From positions 33,294,001-33,358,000 of the forward strand of contig OX597829.1 of the NCBI GenBank assembly GCA_951406725.2: DNA of 64,000 nucleotides. The letters are read 5' to 3'. The notes beneath the pieces are model-generated. The model had not been told where the DNA came from. It did no database searches and saw nothing but the letters and a program-made list of their open reading frames with translations. Source of the DNA: Octopus vulgaris (taxonomy: Eukaryota). Below are positions 56,464-64,000 of the stretch, one piece after another. The position numbers and the translations under genes are program-made. How positions within the stretch are numbered: position 1 is the first letter of the stretch; the number at the start of each line of letters is the position of its first letter.

Positions 56464-56661
56464 ATATTATTTACATTTGATGGATATTTGTCCTCATTTT
56501 GTTTGTTGTTAACATGTTTCAGCTAATATACCCTCCAGCCTTCATCAGGTGTCTTGAGAAATTTCCCCAAGACGCCTGATGAAGGCTGGAGGGCATATCA
56601 GCCAAAACGTGTTAACAACAAACAAGATGAGGACGAATATCCGTCAAACGTAAATAATGTA
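56464..56661. repeat. ~200-bp palindrome with a hammerhead-like core in each arm
   Basis: Arms of ~97 bp centred near 56561; CTGATGA at 56576-56582 (+) and 56542-56548 (-). Confidence 0.9.
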
Positions 56662-56975
56662 CATAATTCCTCATCTCTTAAATATAGAACTGTAAAAACA
56701 TATAATGGCTTCAAATTTTGGCACAAGGCCAGCAGTTTTGGGGGAGGAGCAAAGTCGATTACATCGACCCTCAGAATTTAACTGATACTCATTTTATTGA
56801 TCTTGAAAGGATGAAAGCCAAAGTCAAACTTTGCAGAATTTGAACTCAGGATGTATTGATGGATGAAATGCCGCTAAGCATGACAGAATTTGAATTCAGA
56901 GTGTAGAGATGGATAACATGCTACTAAGCATCTTTCCCAGCATGCTAACAATTCTGCCAGCTTTTCTTTCGTCTT

Positions 56976-57027
<52 letters not shown>

Positions 57028-58489
57028 TCTACTATAGGCACAAGGTCCAAAATTTGGGAGAGGGGTTAGTTGATTACATTGATCCCAGTACTGAACTGGT
57101 ACTTATTTTACCGACCCTAAAAGGATGTAAAGCAAAGTGGACCTCGGCAGAATCTGAATACAGATGAAATATCACTAAGCATTTCACCCAGCATGCTAAT
57201 GAGTCTGCCAGCTCATCACCTTAATAATAATAATAATAATGATAACAATAATCCTCAGTATTGAAGGCACAAGGCCTGAAATTTTGAAGGAGAGGATTAA
57301 CTGATTACATCAATCCCATTGTTTTACTTGTACTTGATTTATTGACCCTGAAAGGATGAAAGGCAAAGTTGACTTAATAATAATAATAATTTCCAACAGT
57401 GGCACATGAGAGAAATTTGGGAGCAATCAATAAGCAAAATCAATTACACTCCTATCCATAATATTTTACTGATACTGCAGTCTATTGATCCTGGATAGAT
57501 TAAATAAAAAGTGAACCATTGCAGGATTCAAAATCGTAATTTAATGGGACATGATGAAATAAAATCATGGTTTTGATTTCTAGACTGGGCAGTGCATTTT
57601 TTTTTCTCGAGCAAAATACTTTAATTTTAATTTTACTCCACTCCACTCAGCTGTAAATGAGTAACCCTTCAAAGGATTAAAGTTCCATATGCTTATATTT
57701 CTAATTTATATACTCTTTCTCATGTATATATGTGTATGTGTATGTGATGGTATGCACAAGGTTTCTTTTATTCTCTCTTTATTTCTTTACTTATTTATAT
57801 ATTTATTTATTGAATAACATATTTATGTATTTACTTACTAAATTTAGTTTTTTATGTATTTATTTATTGAATGACATAACAGGTATGTGCCATCACATAA
57901 AAGCACCTGTGCAGCACCATGTGAAAGCAGCCAGCACCCTCTGTAAGTGGTTGGCATTAGGAAGGGCATCCAGCTGCAGAAACCATGCCAAATTAGACTG
58001 GAGTCTCTGGTGCAGCTCCTTAGCTTGCCAGCTCTGGTCAAATCATCCAACATATGTCAGCATGGAGAATGGACCTTAAATGATGATGATGATGATGATG
58101 ATATATATGATGGGCTTCTTTCAGTTTCTGTTTACCCAATCCACTCACAAGGCTTTGGTCAGTCTAAGGCTTTAATAGACATTTGCCCAGAGTACTGCAC
58201 AGTGGGACTGAACATTGAACCTGTGGTTGGGAAGCAAGATTCTTACCTCACAGCCATATATATTATATTATATCGGACGAAATTACAACAGGTATATATC
58301 CCATTGTTTGCATTATAGTGCATTGTTGTACCATTCAAAACTTTTTATTCTTTCCAAACAATACACAATGCTTCAAGTGAACTACAATACTCTCATATAT
58401 ATATATATATATTATCATATTATATTACACACCCACACACGTATATATACATACATTTATATACATACATACATACATATATAGACATA

Positions 58490-58598
58490 CATATGTATAT
58501 ATATATGTATATATATATATATACATACGTATATATATATATGTATATATATATATATACATACGTATATATATATATGTATATATATATATACATAC

Positions 58599-58637
<39 letters not shown>

Positions 58638-58639
58638 CG

Positions 58640-58671
<32 letters not shown>

Positions 58672-58680
58672 TATACATAC

Positions 58681-58745
<65 letters not shown>

Positions 58746-58760
58746 TATATATATACATAC
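58490..58760. repeat. (TA)n tract with periodic CATACG interruptions
   Basis: Direct reading. Confidence 0.95.
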
Positions 58761-59090
58761 AAATATACACATACACACATATATCATACATTTTCCAAAT
58801 CATCATCATCATTTAATGTTCACTTTCCATGCTTGCATGGACTGGATAAGTTTATACGAGGCAGATTTTGCAATGGATGGATGTCCCTTTTTATTGCCAA
58901 CCTCTACCTGTTTCCAAGCACGTTAATATTTCTCCAACGTCAGATTTGTTTTCGCAGAATATCAGAAATTAACGACAATTGTGACACTCATTTGCAACCA
59001 TCACATGATATCAAGTTAAGGAGATACAAATACACACACACATGGGCTTCATTCAGTTTTCATCTACAAAATTCGCTCACAAGGATTTGG

Positions 59091-59128
<38 letters not shown>

Positions 59129-60030
59129 CATGCTTCTTCTTTTCAGTTTCTGTCTACCAAATCTACTCCAAGGTTTTGGTAAGCCACAGCCTATAGTAGA
59201 AGACACTTGAGCAAGTTACCACACAGTGATAGGTAGATCATGAAACGTAGTTAGGATATAAACTCTGTATTCACATAGCCATGCATGTACCTATCAAACA
59301 AAATTACTTGTTACAGCAGTAGCATTAGCAGCAGTAGTAAGAGAGGAGTATAAATCATTGATGCTTGTGATGTATTACTTGTCTAATCCCCATCCTTGTC
59401 ATTCTTCTGTTCAACATGTGAACTTAGAACGCAAAGGGATGCAACAGATACCACAAAATATTTTGTTAATAATAACGATAATAATAATTCTTTCTACTAT
59501 AGGCTCAAGGCCTGAAATTTTGAAGGAGGGGACTAGTTGATTGCATTAACTGCAGTGTCAACTGGTACTTATAATATTGTCCCCAAAAGGATGAAATGTA
59601 AAGTTGACCTTGATAGAATTTGAACTCAGAATGTAAAGCAGGATGAAATTCCATTAAAATACTTAACAAAATTTCTTCCGCTTTTATGTTCTTAGTTCAA
59701 ATTCTGTCGAGGTCAGCTTTATGCTTCATCCTTTTGTGGTTGATAAAATAAGTACCAGTTGAACACTGTGGTCAATGTAATTGACTAGCCCTCTCATTTG
59801 AAATTACTGGCCTTGTACCAAAATTTGAAATCAATATTATTTTTGAAGTGGATGTTATATGAAAATGAAGAGTAACTTGGCAAGCATCATGATCAATCCC
59901 ATCCCTGGTTGATACCATGTTATTGCAGTTACTTTGATGTTCTTTGTTGTTTAATTAATCCCAGAGCAATCCTGTTGGAACAGAATTAGGGTTCTTGGAG
60001 ATACATAATTTTAATAATAATAATAATAAT

Positions 60031-60372
60031 AGTGGAAAAGATGGTAGAATACAAGTTACTAAAAGATGAAATTGCATGAATGTGGGCAATGAAGAGAGTG
60101 ACTGTCATTCCAGTAGTTGAAGAACATTTGGAGCACCAACATCCAATTTCAAGAAATATGTTGGAGAAATTGGAATTGACATGAGGGTAGAACATGCTCA
60201 AAAAATTGCTTTATTGGGGATAGCAAGGATTTTGAGATTGGTACTTGGGTGTTAAGTATCATGGAAAGAGATCCTATGAGACTTTTGACAACAGGTTGCT
60301 GTCTGCTCTTACAGAATTAACCAGAGCAAGTAAAATCGAGAGCTCTGAGGAGTAAAATATAGTAATAGTAAT
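60031..60372 (+). mobile_element. Dong/R4-type LINE extreme 3' end
   Basis: EKMVEYKLLKDEIA*MWAMKRVTVIPVV..EHAQKIALLGIARILRLVLG; homologous to 21290-21495; preceded by (TAA)n. Confidence 0.82.
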
Positions 60373-61485
60373 AAGTGACAAAAATCATAAATATTTCAAA
60401 ATTTTTTTCACGAGGCCAGATACTTTATCTTCCTGACTCCAAAAGGATGAAAGGCAAAGTTGACTTTGGTGGGATTTGAACTTAGAACATAAAGAGCTGG
60501 AAGAAATGCCATTTAGTATTTTGTCTGACACTAACTATTATACTGACTCACCCACTTTTATAATAATGCTTGGTTCTGAAATTTTTGGGGAGGAGGTTTT
60601 TCATTGCATTGGCCCCCAGTGCTTAACTGGTACTTATTTCATTGACTCTGAAAGGATGAAGGCCAAAGTGGACCTTGGCAGAATTTGAACTCAGAACGGG
60701 AATTAATGATTCTGCCAGCTCACCACTTTAATAATAATAATAATTCTTTGGGGCTTGAATAATTCTAATAATAACTTGGGCAAGTTGATTACATTGATCC
60801 CAGTTCATTGATTCCAAAAGGGTGAAAGGCAAAGTTGACCTCAGTGGAATTTGATCTCAGAATGTAAAAACATATGAAATGCTACTAAGCATTTTGCCAG
60901 GCGTGCTAACAATTCTGCCAGCTCACTACCTTAATCATAATAATAATAATCCTTTCTACTAAAGGCACAAAGCCTGAAATTTGGGGGAGGGGGATAGTCG
61001 AGTACACTGACCCCAGTATGCAACTGGTATTTAATTTATTGACCCTGAAAGGATGAAAGCAAAGTTGACCTCAGCGGAATTTGAACTCATAATGTAGCTG
61101 CAGGCGAAATACCACAAAGCATTTCATCTAGCGTGCTAACGACACTGCCAGCTCACTACCTTAATCATAATAATAATAATGATGATGATGATGTTAGTAA
61201 TAACAACAATAACAACAATTTGTAACAGGTGCTCAAGACTTAAATTGACTTGAGGACTTGAATGTTCCTCTATTTTAGTGACCTCTGAAGGGTGAAAGGT
61301 ATGGTTGACTTCTGTGGGGTTTGAATTCAGTACCTCAAATGAGAGAGGGATGAAAGCAAACGAAAGAAATTATCAAGTAGAAAAGCTAAAGAAAATAAAA
61401 AAAAAACAAACAAAAAAAAAACACACAGCAGTAATCAAAATAAGAAAGCACATTTTTTTCTGCACCATGCAGTGTATTATGTATG

Positions 61486-61517
<32 letters not shown>

Positions 61518-61637
61518 CATGCATATGTATGAGTGAGCATATGTCTGAGTGTTTGTGAATGTGTGAGCATGCATGTGTGTATACACACACACACACACAC
61601 ATACATGTGTAACATTGTACTGGTACAAGATCAAAGA

Positions 61638-61897
61638 TCACATACAGGTTCCCCATAATAGGACAGAATGCTCCTGGGACAAAGCTGCTAGTTCTTTGAG
61701 GAATTCTTCAAGGACGATGGCACAATGAACTGCATTCCTTGTTCTTAGGTTCTCCATTGGATTAACTTCAAAGTGCTCGTTCGGGGACTGTTGGTTGATG
61801 TAGCGATAGCCACGGCCTCCTGGCATACTTTCGAGCGTCGATGGTCGAGTGGACCGATCTTGTAGGGCCACTTTAGCGAACAGCTGTCCAGATTTTA
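61638..61897 (-). CDS. FHIP1: FHIP1/FAM160A-family (FTS and Hook-interacting protein) C-terminal coding exon
   Basis: Acceptor TTATTATCATTACAG| at 61898/61897, phase 1; ENLRTRNAVHCAIVLEEFLKELAALSQEHS resembles the recalled FAM160A C-terminal motif LRVKNAVxCAVIFxEFLKELAAxxQxH; TGA at 61638-61640. Confidence 0.82.
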
Positions 61898-62065
61898 CTG
61901 TAATGATAATAAGAAATTAGTATAAGTGCTTGTGTGCATATATGTGTTTGTGTGTATATATGCTAATATATATATATATATAATAACAATTTAATAAATA
62001 AAACATGTGCATACATACATATATGTACATACTTACATCTATATGTATATATACATGCATATATG

Positions 62066-62435
62066 GGTACAGGACACCACAAAAAAACGTAGAACACAAC
62101 ACGAAACGAAAACATAAAAACAAAACAAGGAAACAGACTTTTTTTTAACAATGAAAAACAGAGTATAAGACATACAACACAAGGAACATTCCCCTTCTTC
62201 AGCTGCCCCTGTTTCGACTCAATGCATGTTTTGCAGGTAAGGGCAGAACACGACTACATTGAAACAGTCCTTCCCACAAAGTGAATTAAATAAAAAATTT
62301 TTTGTGGAGGGGTAAAAAAAGGTGACAAGAACAGGACAGTAAAAGCAATACAAATAAAGATAAATACAGTAAAAGATAGGACAAGGAAAAACCAACAATA
62401 AGGCCTTTTTTAAGCCTAGACGGTGGAAAAATTCA
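62066..62435. mobile_element. Penelope pLTR-like repeat
   Basis: Homologous to 27687-27870; inverted copies at 63010-63085 and 63608-63665. Confidence 0.5.
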
Positions 62436-62489
62436 TTTGTACATAATATAATACAAAAATAATAATAACAACAATAATCTTTGGTTGGA

Positions 62490-62713
62490 GTCTCTTAAGA
62501 TCACAATCCATATTTCTGGGATGATTACAGTGTAGTCTTTAGTATTCATGAGCATTGGGGAGATCATCTTCAAGGATTCATTTCTTCAGGTGATATAACA
62601 TTAATGGATATTTAACTGAGGGATGTTTATCTGTTTTGATAAGTGAGAAGGTTGCCCATAGATACTATGGACTACACTGTAATCATTCTAGGAATACTGT
62701 GATCTTAAGAGAC
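62490..62713. mobile_element. MITE-like foldback element
   Basis: ~65-bp inverted arms GTCTCTTAAGATCACA..ATGATTACAGTGTAGTC / GACTACACTGTAATCAT..TGTGATCTTAAGAGAC. Confidence 0.75.
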
Positions 62714-63703
62714 ATGTGGTTTGTGGAAATGCACGTAGTGATGCATTTAAATGTTTAGAAATTCCATCTAAGATTCCTATTATAACTGTATTTATCCTAC
62801 AATATATTGGTACAGTTTGATGTAACCTCCAAAACCTGGTTCACCAGTCAGTGTTATTAGACTGTGGCTGGCATAATAGAATAGGAGCTTTATTTACATA
62901 TTCAAAACATTTCCCATAAACAAATTTAAAAGATATAATACAAATATATACGTGTGTGTATATATATATATATATATATAAAAACTTACTTGGAGAAAAG
63001 AAAGAAAAAAAATCCGTTTCCATGTTTGTTTTTATGTTTTCATTTCTCGTTGAGTTCTACGTCTATTTGTGGTATCCTGTACTCATATATATATATATAT
63101 ATATCATCATCATCATCATCATCATCGTCATTTAACATCCGCTTTCCATGCTAGCATGGGTTGGACGGTTCAACTGGGGTCTGGGGAGCCCGAAGGCTGC
63201 ACCAGTCCAGTCATATATATATATATATATATATGCATGTATATATACATGTAGATGTAGGTACGTACATATTTGTATGTATGTATGCATATATTTTATT
63301 AATTAAATTATTGTATGACTGAGTGCCCTCGCGTCGTTTCCTTTCCTTTCTTTTCTCCAAGTAAGTTTTTATATATAATTATGACGCGAAACTCTGTAAC
63401 CCTTTGCTTGACCTTTCCTTCCTTCCTGTCTGTCTTCCACTTTGCCTGTCTCTCTCCTTCTTATTTTTCACCCTTTCTGGTTTCCTTTCCTTTCCTCTCT
63501 CTCTCTCTCTCTCTCTCACTCCTCCTCATCTCTCTCACTGCAGAGTCGACCAACTTCCTTTCGCTGGCAGCCTCCTACAAGTCAACATGACTTTTTTTCT
63601 TGCGCTCTGAATTTTTCCATCGTCTAGGCTTAAAAAAGGCCCTCAATGTTGGTTTCTTTGTCCTGTTTTTATTCATACATATATATACATATATATATAT
63701 ATA

Positions 63704-64000
63704 TCATCATCATCATCATCATCATCGTTTAGCGTCCGTTTTCCATGCTAGCATAGGTTGGACGGTTCTACTGGGGTCTGTGAAGCCAGAAGGCTTCATC
63801 AGGCCCAGTCAAATCTGGCAGTGTTTCTACGGCTGGATGCCCTTCCTAACGCCAACCACTCCGTGAGTGTAGTGGGTGCTTTTTACATGCCACCCGCACT
63901 GGTGCCAGACAGAGCTGGCAAACGGCCACGAACGGATGGTGCTTTTTATGTGCCACCGGCACGAGGGCCAGGCGAGGCTGGCAACGGACACGAAACGGGG
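63704..64000 (-). mobile_element. Young LINE 3' end with (CAT)n tail, running off the window
   Basis: CATCATCGTTTAGCGTCCGTTTTCCATGCTAGC..GGATGCCCTTCCTAACGCCAACC with CpGs retained. Confidence 0.8.

Larger units (their letters stand above)
56330..61335 (-). mobile_element. Cluster of about 11 SINE family B copies separated by (TAA)n
   Basis: Recurrent GGCACAAGGCC..GACCCxGAAAGGATGAAAGGCAAAGTTGAC..GAATTTGAACTCAG..TGCCAGCTCACxACCTTAATAAT. Confidence 0.85.

Noticed and set aside
56700-61200. CRISPR-like repeat-spacer array
   Set aside because: Units are 100-250-bp diverged SINEs with irregular spacing, in a eukaryotic context with no cas genes

Overview
AT-rich, microsatellite- and transposon-dense animal genomic DNA. 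The repeat families look like those of a coleoid cephalopod, probably Octopus (inference from pattern recognition, not a search). Only two host coding exons are recognisable, both on the minus strand: the first coding exon of the RING E3 ligase SH3RF/POSH (8455-8820) and a C-terminal exon of an FHIP1/FAM160A-family protein (61638-61897). Most of the rest is relics of mariner and maT DNA transposons, a Helitron PIF1 helicase fragment, a Penelope-like GIY-YIG endonuclease, RTE, Dong/R4 and CR1 LINEs, three tRNA-derived SINE families and simple repeats. The most notable observations are a ~200-bp palindrome carrying two hammerhead-like cores, a nest of about 11 SINEs plus a Dong/R4 fragment in (TAA)n tracts, and a second CpG-retaining promoter-like island at ~48 kb with stop-containing exon-like units below it (possible unannotated lncRNA). 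A tandem LTR-like repeat and a pentameric repeat in the putative SH3RF 5' UTR also stand out. No CRISPR array, rRNA or true tRNA gene was seen. Repeat boundaries were read by eye and are approximate.
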